DNA of 61,879 nucleotides, filler included, from Bonamia ostreae (Eukaryota): NCBI GenBank assembly GCA_040357525.1. It is 15 parts of 15 records of this genome, joined end to end, with 100 filler letters (N's around TTAATTAATTAA, not from the genome) between each part and the next. Parts side by side here need not be neighbours in the genome. Positions count along the whole stretch, not along the records: positions 45,571 to 49,581 come from JBDODL010000377.1; positions 49,682 to 53,689 come from JBDODL010000378.1; positions 53,790 to 57,784 come from JBDODL010000379.1; positions 57,885 to 61,879 come from JBDODL010000380.1; 11 more parts are not named here. One strand, 5' to 3'. Shown piece by piece: positions 48,169 to 61,300 of this stretch (position 1 is its first letter; each line of letters starts with the position of its first letter). The notes under the pieces were generated by a model. It saw only the letters and a program-made list of their open reading frames with translations, ran no database searches and was not told where the DNA came from. The position numbers and the translations under genes were made by a program.

Positions 48169-49190
48169 ATGGAAAAAGATAGCGAAGAAATATGCCATTG
48201 CAGTTTTTTTCTTAATAAAATAGTTTATGATTTTAACTGCGAAAAATCAATAAGCGATTATAGGCTTATTAGGGAAATTGGTAAAGGGAGTACCTCAACT
48301 GTTTTTCAAGGTTTTAAATATAATTTAAGCAACGGAAAAGAAAACAGGGGATAGATACGCGATCAAAGTGTGTGATAGATATTCAACTGGGTTAGAGGTA
48401 ATAATTCTCAAAGAAGCTCTCAGCGATAAGGAAGAAAGCATCATCAGAGTTTATCATTTTATTCTCACTCATGATAAAATATTTTTTGTGATGGAATTTT
48501 GTGAGACTGATATGAAGTTTTTAATTAATTTTTTAGTAAATTGTCCAGTGAAGAAGATTTGAGCGTAGACCGTATAAGTTTTTAAACTAATTAATTTAGA
48601 AAAATATTTTCGAATGATAATACAAGGGGTGGAATATTTACACTCAATAGGATATGTGCATTATGACTTAAAACTTGACAATGTTCTCATCACAGAAAAC
48701 GATACTGTTCGAGTTGCTGATTTTGGATTGAGTCGTAAAATAGGGCCCCCCGATATTAATAAGAACTTTGAGGCAACATTAATAATAAAACCGCCTGAAC
48801 TTATTGAAGGAGGTGAAGTTGGTTTCTATTTTGACTCTTGGGCACTTGGTTGCTGTCTCGTTAGAGCTTGCTCCGAGGATTATGCGGAATATGATACTTC
48901 CTACGACAAAGTCTTAAAATCAACTACCATTACAATATTGAAATATTTTGTTGAAAATGCTGACCAAAAATATGTTGACGCGTTCAATCCAATTTTAGCA
49001 CACAAACTATTAGTGGAAAATTTTGATAAAAGGCTCTGGGGAAAAAGTTTGCCAGTGGCTGCTGACGACCCTGAACTTAGAGATTGCTTTGGTCTTACTC
49101 AAAAAAGAGATGAAGTCAAGAGCTTTGTACTCTTCTATTAAAATCTTACAGATAACTTTCTACAATACAACGCATTTATTTTTAATTTAG
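48169..49190 (+). CDS. Ser/Thr protein kinase, non-RD type
   Basis: IGKGSTSTV, YAIKV, VMEFC, HYDLKLDN, ADFG, KPPE and DSWALG after removing 19-22-nt introns; the stop is at 49141 or, with a last intron, 49190. Confidence 0.9.
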
Positions 49191-49681
49191 ATTAACATTT
49201 TTATCTTTGATGATTTCAACGATTATCTTTACTCTAACACTAACAATATGCACATTTGGAGAACATTTCCATCTGATGATCTGAATCTTTAGATATCTCG
49301 TTTCTCATGTATCTTGCATTCAAAAACTCTGTGCTGTGAGCTGTCTGTCTCTTCACACATATCGCATTCGACTTTTGAATATCTTCTCCTTGTATGTAGT
49401 CATTTAAAATTTTCGTATTCATAATCAATGTTTCGTTTTTTTTCGTTTTTATTCCATGGAGAATCCATCCTTATTTGATTTCCTCAGGTTTTTACTCCAT
49501 TTTTGAGTAAGAAGAAATTTGATCAAGACATTAACTTCGGGAAACTTTTTTTATGACATCCATACAATGAAGCAATTATCANNNNNNNNNNNNNNNNNNN
49601 NNNNNNNNNNNNNNNNNNNNNNNNNTTAATTAATTAANNNNNNNNNNNNNNNNNNNNNNNNNNNNNNNNNNNNNNNNNNNN

Positions 49682-51320
49682 CGTATTAGCATTTTAACCA
49701 ATTTCTAGATAAGATTTAGTGAAAGTTGCTATAAATTTCAAAAATTATTTTTGTGCAAAAAAGTTGATATAAGTGCACCAGACTATACAAGCAAAGAAAC
49801 GGAATTGGAATCCTTGGAGAGTTTATTTTTGTAACGATAAACTAGGAATAAAAAATCTCCTAGAAAAATGGGATCGATCTCCTCAAAATGCCGATTTGAA
49901 AAGTTCGGAAAAAAAGGATTTTGGAGATTTTGATAAAATTCAAACAGATTATAAAAAAAGAAAAGATCACTGGTTCACGCAACTTCCTATTCTTCTCAAA
50001 AGGGGACTGAAGGAATACTTTAGAAATTACATTTTAATTTCTGCGCAAATTTTTCAAGCGATTTTCGCATCGATTTTGATTGGTTAAATTTTTAAATTTT
50101 TACTAAAAGGTGCCATCTTTTTCAATCTCAAATCAGATTTGGTTTAATATAATAACTTTTTTTGAAATTTTTAATCGTCGATTAATTTTTTTTGTTTGAA
50201 ATTTTTACTCGTTCGTTATATATTCGTAAAAAAGTTTCGTTTTAATTTTATTTGTTAATCGCTCATTAAATTTCTATTCGTTACAATTTTTATTTGTTCT
50301 TAACTATTTAAATTTTTTTTGGTTTGCAAATTTTTATTCGTTTATTCATTAAAAGGATTTAATCGGCATTAAATTTAGATAATAATTTTAAAAGAATGGA
50401 GCAAGAGATCGCCAAGGCGTCTTCTTTTTTATGATAATTAATCAATCTGCGGGACCTTTATTCGAAACTGTTTCGGTTTTCTTTCTTGTCAAGCAAATTT
50501 TCCTGAGAGAGTACAATGCCGGAATGTACTCTTCACTGACCTATTATCTTTGCACTTTCATCGTCACCGGATTGTTACAACCCCTCTACACTCTTATCTT
50601 TTGTGGCATTATTTATCCGATGGTCGGATTGCGGCCAGGTGCGCAGTATTTTTGTTTTCATATTTCATTATAGTTATGCTTTATCTCGCATTGTTACTAT
50701 GCAAATACTGTGCTTTGTCGTTGGCTTTTTTGATTGGCACCACCTTTTCCAAAATTCAAGTTTCAAAGTCAATGTAAATAAAAGTATTCGCAGATAATTT
50801 CGCCGATAATTTTGTACATTTTGATACTGTTCGGAGGTCTTTACATAAATTTGAACAATATCAATGATGTTTTGAAATCGATTCAGTACATTGATTTTGT
50901 GAGGTTATTAGAAATTTTATTTTTCAAAATCGCAAAATCGACAATAAAAATATGTTTAAATCGGAGAAAATTCAGTCTAAAAAACAAAGATACGCATATC
51001 AAATTCTCGTAAACAACGAATTTGTAGGACAAACATATCAATGCATCGCTTCGAACTGCCCTGTTTCTGGTCAACAGATTGTTGATGAGTTGGGACTTGG
51101 AGTGAAAACATTAGCCATTCCAATAATTGCAATTATCTCGATTACGATCATTCTCTCGATTTGTGCTGCAATAATGATCAAAATCAGAATTCCAAAATTT
51201 AAACAGTTAAAGCCGATTCAAAACAACTCCGATAAAGATTTATCGGTAAAAGAAAGTCCGAGTGAAAAATATCTGGATATAGAGGAAAGTTCGAAAGAAG
51301 AACAACGAATAAATGTTTAA
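49682..51320 (+). CDS. ABCG (White-family) transporter, membrane domain, 5'-partial
   Basis: WFTQLPILLKR, ILIG|AIFFNL, ARDRQGVFFF, IFLREYNAGMY, IIYPMVGL, LFGGLYIN, LKSIQYIDFVR|YAYQILVNNEF and CPVSGQQIV. Confidence 0.93.
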
Positions 51321-52127
51321 TCTGATTACAAAATTATTTTTAAACAATAAATACAATAAATTTTCTCTCTATCAATATAATGCCCAAATTACTTGTTGAG
51401 ATAAATCAATATTTCACAAAATTAATTTAAATTGTTTCCTTTGGAATCTTAAACAATTTTTAAGCGTAATTAAAAATTATTTTTATCAATAGCAGTAATT
51501 GTAGGCATTAAAATATCTTAAAAATTTAATAATGGAATGTTAAAAATTTAATTGCAAGTTTGTTAAAAGGCACATTGCTTTAATCGTTATATTCTCTGAG
51601 ACCTTTATTTTTGCCTTTTTTTAAACATTGCTTTTCAACAACACAAACATTCAATTATTTTTAAACTGTTATTTACTGATTGCAAAGATGCCATTAAATT
51701 GATTGCGCGCAGCACATTTCTGAATGTAAACTTACAGTACTTGACAAAAATAAACGTTAAAATAGATTTACAACGGAAGATGCTTCCCAAAGAAAAGGTA
51801 CATGCGAAATAGAGTTACAAATAAGAAAATAATGACGAGAAAGTAATTTCATGGTAAAAAAACGTTGAACTTATGGTTAAAAATAAATGTCTAGCCATTT
51901 TTAACAAATCGCCATTTTAATGTTTGATTACATTCGAAACGCTTTAAATATTTTTTAAACCGCCATTTGACACAAACTTGTTATACTCGCATTATTGGCG
52001 ATATCAAAATAGTCCACACAAAACCAAAAAGCTAAATAGCAACAAATAACCAAAAAACTAATATAAAATTTAATCCGATATTAAACAAAACAATATAAAC
52101 CTTAAATTTAAACAGGGTAGAATTAAG

Positions 52128-52576
52128 ATGCAATTGTTTCATTTATTTAGCAATCAGATTCTTCAACAACATAAACGGACAGAGCATCGCTTTACCCGTT
52201 TCGCCTTTCGAAAAGCTTCACTCTGTCAAAAACAGACTTTCGAAAATAATCTGTTATCTTTCACCACTTTTTAGCTGTTCCCGTTTCACAAATGCTTCTC
52301 TCATCCAGATCTAGTCTATTCGAAGAAAATTCGACTTTGCTCGAAAACAACCTCGCAGACGGCAATTCTCTGGACATTTCGCTCAGACTGAGAGGAGGCG
52401 CAATCGAACCGAATCTCATAGTTTTAGCCGAAAAGTACAACGTCAACAAAATGGTCTGTCGAAAATGCTATGCTCGTTTGCCCCCGCGCGCTACAAATTG
52501 CCGCAAAAAGAAGTGCGGACATTCCAATAAATTGCGTCCGAAGAAGAAGATGGTAATAAGCAATAAGAAAAAATAA
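52128..52576 (+). CDS. RPL40: Fusion of a highly diverged ubiquitin-like domain with ribosomal protein eL40
   Basis: Introns 52136-52157 and 52253-52274 (22 nt each) give a 76-aa Ubl ending LRLRGG, then [50 protein letters not shown]. Confidence 0.95.
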
Positions 52577-52889
52577 TAATGATCGCGTACTCCACTTTTT
52601 ACATTAATCCAAATTTTGTACAATTATTTTCAATTAACAGCGTTTAAAACAATGGCTTTAATCGCCAAATGAGAAACTGATGATATGTTAATATCTTTTG
52701 GCGGACAAAATTAGAAGACGACAAATCTTTGAAAACCAATTTATATCAATTAATATAATTAATGCGGAAATGTAGAAAATTTACTCTTTAGAAAATTTAA
52801 AAAAATTTTGAATTGTTACCTCAAATTCCAAACCAAAAAATAGCTCTTTAATTGCTTTTTTGTAATAAAATTTTGACGATCAATAGAAA

Positions 52890-53689
52890 CTAAAAATTAA
52901 ATTTATTTGCAATAAAATTGACGGCCATTTTGTAATTCGAAATCATGTGATTTGTGTACTTAAAATCATGTAATTCAAACAGAGTCACCAGTGCACGTGA
53001 TTTCATCATAAGAAGAGGGATCGGCTTCAAAAACGCAAAAATCGTTTCTTGAGAGAATGTTGTTAACAAGAAGACACCCAGTTTCAATCATTTTACCGTG
53101 TTTGGATTTCCTAAAACTGAAAATTTTCCCGCCGATGAAAAAATCTTCTGATTCACAGTGAATACTAACTTGTCTCATCGATTCCTCGATTTTGGCCATG
53201 ATTTGCTTTAGTTCTGTTAAATAACATAAAAATTTGGTCAAAGAGAAGATAACTGAAAGTTTTGTCAAATCGAAAATTTGTAAAACTTTTATATATGAAC
53301 TTGTCACTTTTGTTTCCAAGATGTATATTTTCAAAGATTCCGATAAAGTTTATTGCGTAAACGCGATATATTTCGTTTTCAATGTGCAACACTCTTTAAA
53401 AATGAATTTGACAATTATTATTTTTTAAAAAGCTTTAATTTGAACAATTTTGTCTTCGTTGGATTGTCAGTTTGGCAATAGGTGCCCATACAATGCCCAT
53501 TCAGACATTCAAATTTCTTTATATTTTCGATCATATTAATTCGTGAACGCATTCTGATGTACTTCAAATAATTTTCTATAAAATGTCTTTTGTTGATTTT
53601 CAACAAGTTTTTCATTTTCCGAATTGTTAATTTGGCCGCCCTAAGACTCAGCCGGGGAATAATATCGTTTTGAAACACAAAAACACTGT
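52890..53689 (-). CDS. Hypothetical protein, fragmented multi-exon, 5'-partial
   Basis: Series of overlapping minus-strand ORFs; no family recognised. Confidence 0.3.
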
Positions 53690-54612
53690 NNNNNNNNNNN
53701 NNNNNNNNNNNNNNNNNNNNNNNNNNNNNNNNNTTAATTAATTAANNNNNNNNNNNNNNNNNNNNNNNNNNNNNNNNNNNNNNNNNNNNAAAGTCAAGTC
53801 TTTCGTTCTTATAATCTCCAAAAGGAAAATTACAAATAAAATTTTTGTTCACTTTAAAGTGAGCAAAATCGAGGAGAGAAAACATAAAGAATTTATTGTT
53901 TATTTGTGTTATTGCGTCTTGTAGGACTTCGGGCACTGCGGCGAAGACCTTTTTCGTTTATAAGAAAATTGGGATTTTGCAAAATTAAAAAGCGTTTGTA
54001 TCTGATCAAATGGTCTATTTTCCAAGAAAGATCGACAAAATTTAGAAAATTTGTTATCGTTTTTCTCTGGTTTCTTTTCAACCGCTTTTTAATGCAATTT
54101 TTCTTTTATAAATTGATGTTTTATCAATTGTTTGAGCAAATGTTTTGTGATATTTAAAGATTCAAATTTTTATAATATTTTGCAAAACGATTAAATTTTT
54201 CTAAACCTTAATTCCCATGTTATGCGTTTCCTCTGTTTTTTCTAGAGATTTTACTGCGATTTCATAACGAAGTTTATCTTTTCTGTGATTTTCCCACAAC
54301 ATCTGCTCAAAATTGTTTCTATTATTCATTAACAGAATTTATTTTTATCGTTTTTAATTTTTTTGTAAAAATTATTGCGAATTAGTTTATAAATACTAAT
54401 CGAACCAACAAAAAACAATCAAAATACACAAAATTACAAAATGTTGTTTTCTGCAAAGTAAACAGATCTTAAAAACGACAGAAAGATTCTTTTTTCTGTT
54501 TCATCGACACAAAAAATTACAATTTTTCTCGTTAAGCAATTTTTAAAATTGTCAATTTTAAAAAAATTAAACCGCTGAAAAACAATCAAAAACAATAAAA
54601 AAAATTAGCCAA

Positions 54613-55577
54613 ATGTCTACAGAAACAAAATCGCCTGCGCCGTCATGGTAAAAACAAAAATGCCAAATATTAAAGGGCCACAAACCCGAAACTGAACACT
54701 TGTTATTTAAAGATAATAAGAAACGGCAAAACAATAGAAAAAAATCGACAGATTTCGCTACAAAAATGGACCATTGTCGGGCGCAACAAACGACTTTCTG
54801 ATATCACCTTGTTGCACCCTTCGATCAGCCGCCAACACGCCGCCTTTGCTCACGGCCAAAGTGGAAATCTTTATTTGGTCGATTTGGGCTCAAGTCACGG
54901 CACTTTTTTAGACGGAAAACGAATTCCAAAAGACAAGAGAAACGTTTTATCAGATGGAAACCAAATCAGATTTGGGGCTTCCACGCGATTTTTTTTAGTT
55001 CGTCTTGCAGACCCCGATCTAGTCGCTGATAATATGACCACTAAAACGTCCATTAAAACTAAAATCGAAAACAACAAAAATGATAACGAAAACACAAAAA
55101 ATGATGACGAAAACACAAAAAATGATAACGAAAACACAAAAAAGATGAAAAAAGGAGAAATTGAAATGCCAAAAAATAAAAATAGAAAGCGAAAACTGGA
55201 ATTTGATCTTAACAAAGAACGGATTCGTTGCAGCCATATTTTGGTCAAACATGTGAATTCCAGAAGACCAAAATCATGGCGACAAGTTATTTTTAAAATT
55301 TTTCTGAAAGAGGTCAATAACGAGAACAAGAGAAGAAGCCAAAAACAAAATCGAAAACTTGTTGAAATCTTTGCGGAAAGACCCTAAAAATTTTGTTGAA
55401 ATAGCTAAAACTGAAAGTGATTGTTCTTCGCATGTAACAGGAGGTGATTTGGGATACTTCTCAAAAAGCAGAATGCAAAAAGAATTTGAAGATGCCGCGT
55501 TTGCACTTTCGAAGGGTTCAATTAGCGAGCCGATAGAGACCAAATCGGGATATCATCTTATTTTAAGGATCGATTAA
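54613..55577 (+). CDS. FHA domain-parvulin (Pin1-type) peptidyl-prolyl isomerase fusion
   Basis: Introns 54648-54675 and 55286-55310. FHA motifs GR...HPSISRQHA...DLGSSHGTF; parvulin motifs CSHILVKH..SRRPKSWR, SDCSS...GGDLG.F, MQKEFEDAAFAL and GYHLI. Confidence 0.93.
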
Positions 55578-58373
55578 ATATTTTGATAATTTGATTTTTC
55601 TGTAAAATTTTTGTGAAAAAGATTTTGATTTGTTTTCGCAAATGTCTCTTTCGTTTCGAAATTTAAGCAATGTGTTTCCATTTGTCTCTGTTCAGCAGAA
55701 ATGCGATAAGTTGTAAAATCGAAACAAATATACGACTGATCAAAAACAATTAAGACTTTGTATATAAAATGCATTTAATGTCTTTCAACGAATCATTGTT
55801 AGATTGCATGAAAATCAAGATCATGCTCATAAAAGACGAAAATTGTCCGATTGAGCTTTTTGACGAAAAAATATCTTTTTTGCCAAAAAAAATTAAAATA
55901 AAAAGCGGCATTTTAGTCAATAACAGCAAAAACAGTTTTAGTTTTGTCAAAGTAAAATTTAGTAGAAGAAAAAGAGATTTTTATAAAATATATTTACGAT
56001 TTTAATGGTGAAAAAATTGAAACTTTTGATTCTCTTTTCGAAGAGTTTAATGGAGTTTTTAATACAGTTTAAATTCGCCGATTTATCGCAATTTTTCAAT
56101 TAAAAAAAATATAAAATTGCCAATTTTCTGATTTTTTCGTTAAAATTTTAATTTTTCCGTTTTTAATAAAATTAAAAAGACGATAATATTTACAACGGAA
56201 GAAAAAGAACTCGACAGAGAAAAAATAATTGGTGTTGGAATGAACGTCACAATCGGAATAGACAAAACTGATTTTTATCGACAAATCTCAAAACTTATTT
56301 TACAAATTTTTGAAGATTTTAATAATTTTATAAAAGTTTTTAGACAAAAAAATCTCTAAAAATTGTTAAAATTTTGTTTTAAAAATTGTTAAAAATAATT
56401 GTTGTAAAAATTAGACGAAAAATAAAAATTCGAACGAAATAAATAACAAAAATATAAAAAACATCGTCAAATTAGGACAAATTTATCTTTTTAACAATTT
56501 GGTCAAATCTGCAAAAGAAAAGTTTTAATATTAATTTTTTTAGATTTAAAGAAGCGAAAGAGTCATTAAATATAAAAGATTTCGACAAAACGATAAAAAT
56601 CAATGAACTGATAATCTGCACAGAATATTTAGTTTTTGCTAAATTTTAATTTTTCCTAGAATTTTGAGAAAGAAGGAACAGATAAAAATTCTGAAGCAAT
56701 CGATAAACTCGAACAAAATTTGGATTTGGCAAAATATGTTTTTTTGATTTTGAGATTTTTTTCAACTTTGTTTTTCAATATTTAGACAAACGCTAAAATT
56801 GAAACGCGATTGAGTTTGCGCCTGAAAATATCAGATTTGTATTTGAAGTTTTTCTTTTTATTAAAATCGTTAAAATTTAGACTAAATGATAAAATCGGCG
56901 CATTAAATGCGGTTTCAAAAATCGATTTTGGTCTTATCGATAACAAACAACTTAAAGTTTTTAAAATTTTGTCTAAAAAATTGTTTGAAATCGATTTAAA
57001 AAAATTTTGCTCTTATCCAATTTTATCTAAAATCCCCAAAATTTTCGAAAAAATAAAATTTTAACAAAAAAGAATTTTATGTTAAAAATTGCTAAAATTT
57101 GCGAAAAAATTGGATTTTACAGAAAAAAGACTTTTTATTTGTTAAAATGGACAAATTTGTACAAATTTGATGAACAACTCGGAAAAAACTATTTTTTCTA
57201 TAAAAATTTTGCAGATTTTTATAAAATCGATTTCGGTTCTATCAAAAAAATGAGTTTTTAAATTTTTATCAATTTGTCAAAATGCAAAAATTTAAATTTT
57301 TAACAGAACCGATGAGTTATCAGATCGAAAGAAAAATCATAGATCTATTGATTGGAGTTTGCGCTGAAATGAAAAGTTTTAGATTAAAAATACCAAATTT
57401 ATCAAAATCGCTTTAAAAACTAAATTTAAAATAACAAAATTTAATTAAATTTTTAAAATTAGATTATGAAAATTTAGTCCTTTATCTTTTGTATAAAATG
57501 CAATATTTTCACTCTCGGTTGTCCCAAGAAGAACAAAATGAAGACAAAAAAATATTAATAAAAATTAGCCAAAAAATTTTGCCGGAAAAGCGGTTCGATA
57601 TGACTGGATTACTTCAAATTGATCGAATTTCCCCAATTTATCCGTTTTTTGTTAAAATAAATTTTTTTGTTAATTTTTTTATATTGATTTTTTTTCTAAT
57701 TTGCTAATTTTTTTCTAATAGGACAGAATCAAAATTTAGAGTTGCAGATAAAGAAATGCAAAATTTTGAATTAAAAAAATCAAANNNNNNNNNNNNNNNN
57801 NNNNNNNNNNNNNNNNNNNNNNNNNNNNTTAATTAATTAANNNNNNNNNNNNNNNNNNNNNNNNNNNNNNNNNNNNNNNNNNNNCTTGCTATTCTGGCAT
57901 TGTTATGATAAGGAAAAAATCACTAAACCCTGGAATACTATAAGGAAAAGGCAACCTCATGCACAAGTTTGAGCTTCCAATGTTGTAATGTCCCTGGAGC
58001 AGATATATATAGCATTTCTCTTTTAAGAATGCGAGTAGTTATGTTCATTTCCTATGAGATAAATCAGAGTAAAACAATGATCTGAGTTTTTTGAGAGTTG
58101 GAGAAGAAAGAGAACACTTTGAATAAGTGAATTTCTTTACGTGTGAATCAGCTTCCATATAATTGAATAATACTCTATCAAAGGTACAAAACATTTTTTA
58201 TGGTTGTATGGAGGTATGCCAACAAATCAAATTCAAATGAATGTTACATGTACTTCTTTCCTCTTTCGATCAAGATAAAGAGGCTACCATATAACCTTAC
58301 CTCTTGGAGTTTGTGCCTTCAAATGCTTTGAATGCAATAAATGCTATTGATCAAATATGACTATTACACATAC

Positions 58374-61300
58374 TTTATTGTTATACTGGAACAGGATAAT
58401 AACAGCTGCAGCTTTTCTTCCCCATAGTGTGATGGTGGGTGTAATGATAAGACAGCCTGAGGAAATCCCTCCACCACAATATCTCCTATCCTCGCCATCT
58501 TGTAGGGAAAGCACCCTGCTTTGCCTGAAGCCTTTCCTGTTGAAACAATTTTACATAAATTTTCAAAGTATCATTTATGAAATATCAGTCTTCAAAACTC
58601 AAATAAGCCCCTAGTTAATTCTATGATTTAGACAAAGGTCTACACATTTTTGAGAAATCATAGCGATAGAAAGTTCATTCTAATATACTGGAATTCAGGG
58701 AAAGAAAATTTTTCAATACGTTTGGTACAGTGAAATATATTCTAAAAAATAAATTGATCAACTTATAAAATTCCAAAAAGAAATATGAAACAGAAGCAAT
58801 TAGAGCATATTACATAAATCTCTTTGGAAAGTGTTTTGCATGTGAATAGATTCACAATCAAGCATATACAAACTTCAGTATACATATTAAAAAAAACCCA
58901 CATTTTTGGGGAGTTCAGCTTAATCACAAGACTAAAACATTGCAAATCAATCTGAACTGTTAACATTAAAGTTTTTGAATAAAAAATGTGAATTACTTAA
59001 AAAATTGATTTTTTTCAAACAACTGAATTTTGAAAAATTTATTTCCAAAGACTGAATTCTGTACTTTGTTTATTTCAAATGTTTTGAGAAATACACATAT
59101 TGATAAGATGCAGAGCTTGATATTTCTGTCAACATTTATTCATGCTATGTAACCCGACCCATCTACATTGTCATTTAAATAAAACTGAATTTTACTACAT
59201 ATTTGTGGCTAAGGCAAGTCTGTTAAAATTGGGGATATAAAAAAAATCACCTTGACTAATGATTCAAAACGAAAGACTTTGGCTGTAAAGCTAGAAAAAG
59301 CTTCAATGCTTTAAATATATGTTTAATATTTTCTGACTTTTGATCAAGGTAAAAATCATATGGAGATAGGGGTATAAATTGGTACCACTTTTACCCTTTC
59401 TGTTCGATGAAAAAAGGATATAAAAAAAGATAAACAAAGAAGATTTCATCAGTTTTCATAGAGATCATATATTTGTAGGATTTCAATCAGTTTTTTTTAT
59501 TTTCAAATATTTTCAAATCTAACGTAATTTTATACAATGGACTTGAAATGCACATGGAATTTATACTTACTGTATAAATCATTCATGTGAACTTGAACAG
59601 TCTTTCGCAATTCATTCACTTTGGACTTCTCGGGAGTAGAATATTCTGTAACAACATATAGATTAACAAAACTAGTGACATATAGAGTAACAAAACCAGA
59701 AACATATTTTTGCTTTTGTGATTCACATTTCATTAAAAAAGAAAAGTGAATACATATATTATAAGGGTTCAAAAACAAAATATTTTTTTATGAAAAGTGG
59801 CCTTTTCTAATAATAGTGAGAAAGGTAATGAATTGGGAGTTTAAAAAAAATAACATGATAACTTAAAGTAAGATGGGCATCACAAAACCAAACATCCAGC
59901 CAACAAAGACCATGTATTCGATGCATTTAAAGAAGTAAGATAAAATAGTTTGCAACAGGAAAGGAGAATATTTACTGTTGGATCAGAAATCAAATCCCCT
60001 CAGGACCCCTGAATCACTACAGTCAAGTTATCTAATCACTGAGCTACCAAGATTGATATTCATGATTCAAATAGCCCAAACTACTACAAATGATTCAAAT
60101 CATCAAAATTCTTATCATTTAACATATAATTTAATTAACTAAACTTGACCAAGTGGCGTTTTGTTCTGAGCAATATACACATCGTTCATAGAATGTCCTC
60201 CAAAAATGTCTTCTGAGCCAGGCTTACTTATATTTCAGTCCATGGAAATCATTTTTTTCCCATAAAAATTACTGTGGCTTAAGAATTTGGTAAAGGAAAA
60301 AAATAAAGCTTTTATGTTTCTAAAATAATGTCAAATGTCTTTACCTCAAAAGTTATCATGAAAGTTTAAGTTTGCAAAAGGAGAGAATGACAGATTTTCA
60401 GACAGGACAACAAACAATATTCTTTGATGTTTGATCTGGGACAGAATAAAAATCAAGTGGTTCGTAAAATACAATTTTACAAGAGTGTTTACAGTTGACA
60501 AATCAAATAAATACACTTGACTTCATACACTATTTTACTCATAACTAAGAAATGTGATACAAAAATATCATGAATCTTAAAACATAATTTTGAATAATTA
60601 AAAAAAATTGACATATTACCTAGTGTAAATTCATAGGCTTACTTACCTTGATTACAAAATCTGCCGAAATTTTGTTCTATTTCCTCACGATCAACAGATT
60701 CTCTACCCCTCCCTGTTACCACACTGTGGATCGTATTATTTTCTGCCACTACAGCAAAATTGGGCAATCCCATACTTTCTAGTCGCCTACTCTACAAATA
60801 TATATCAATTTACATTAAAATTAGTGCAAAAGAAGACCCGAAAAAGTAAAGATATAAATATTCTGAGGAGAGGATCCCCAGATGACTGTAAAAATCATTT
60901 ACTCTGATGTTAAAGAGTGCAGAGGATGGGTAATAAAAAACAGATTCCTTTAACAAGGTTATAAACAAAATATGATAAACATTTGACTCAACTGAGATAA
61001 ACATTTGACTCAACTGACATTATAAATATGAGTTATATCACATATTATCAATATTGATGAAAAGTAAGGTATATAATGGTAATTTTCAAATTAGGTAGTA
61101 TATAGAAGTACAGAGTTCTTGCATCAAGCAAAAATTATTCATATCTTAGACCAATCTTGACAATTTATACAAATTACATGTATAATACTCTTTATTCTAC
61201 TTGATATTTGCACATGTTTTGTGTAAAATGTCACTATTGCTGTTTATTTTCAAAGGCAGGAAAGAAGGCTATTTTTTGACTTTATACGTTAGTGAATTAG

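Noticed and set aside
1-57784. Stop-codon reassignment or programmed frameshifting as the cause of broken ORFs
   Set aside because: In the conserved genes, stops and frame changes resolve as short introns and the standard code gives intact motifs.
55769-57784. Chain of short K/F/I-rich plus-strand ORFs
   Set aside because: Possibly a diverged multi-exon gene, but no motif anchors an exon structure, so it was not annotated.
4064-57884. Recurring TTAATTAATTAA motif and ORFs ending in X...LIN
   Set aside because: Artificial six-frame-stop linker between contigs. Gene neighbourhoods across spacers have no biological meaning.
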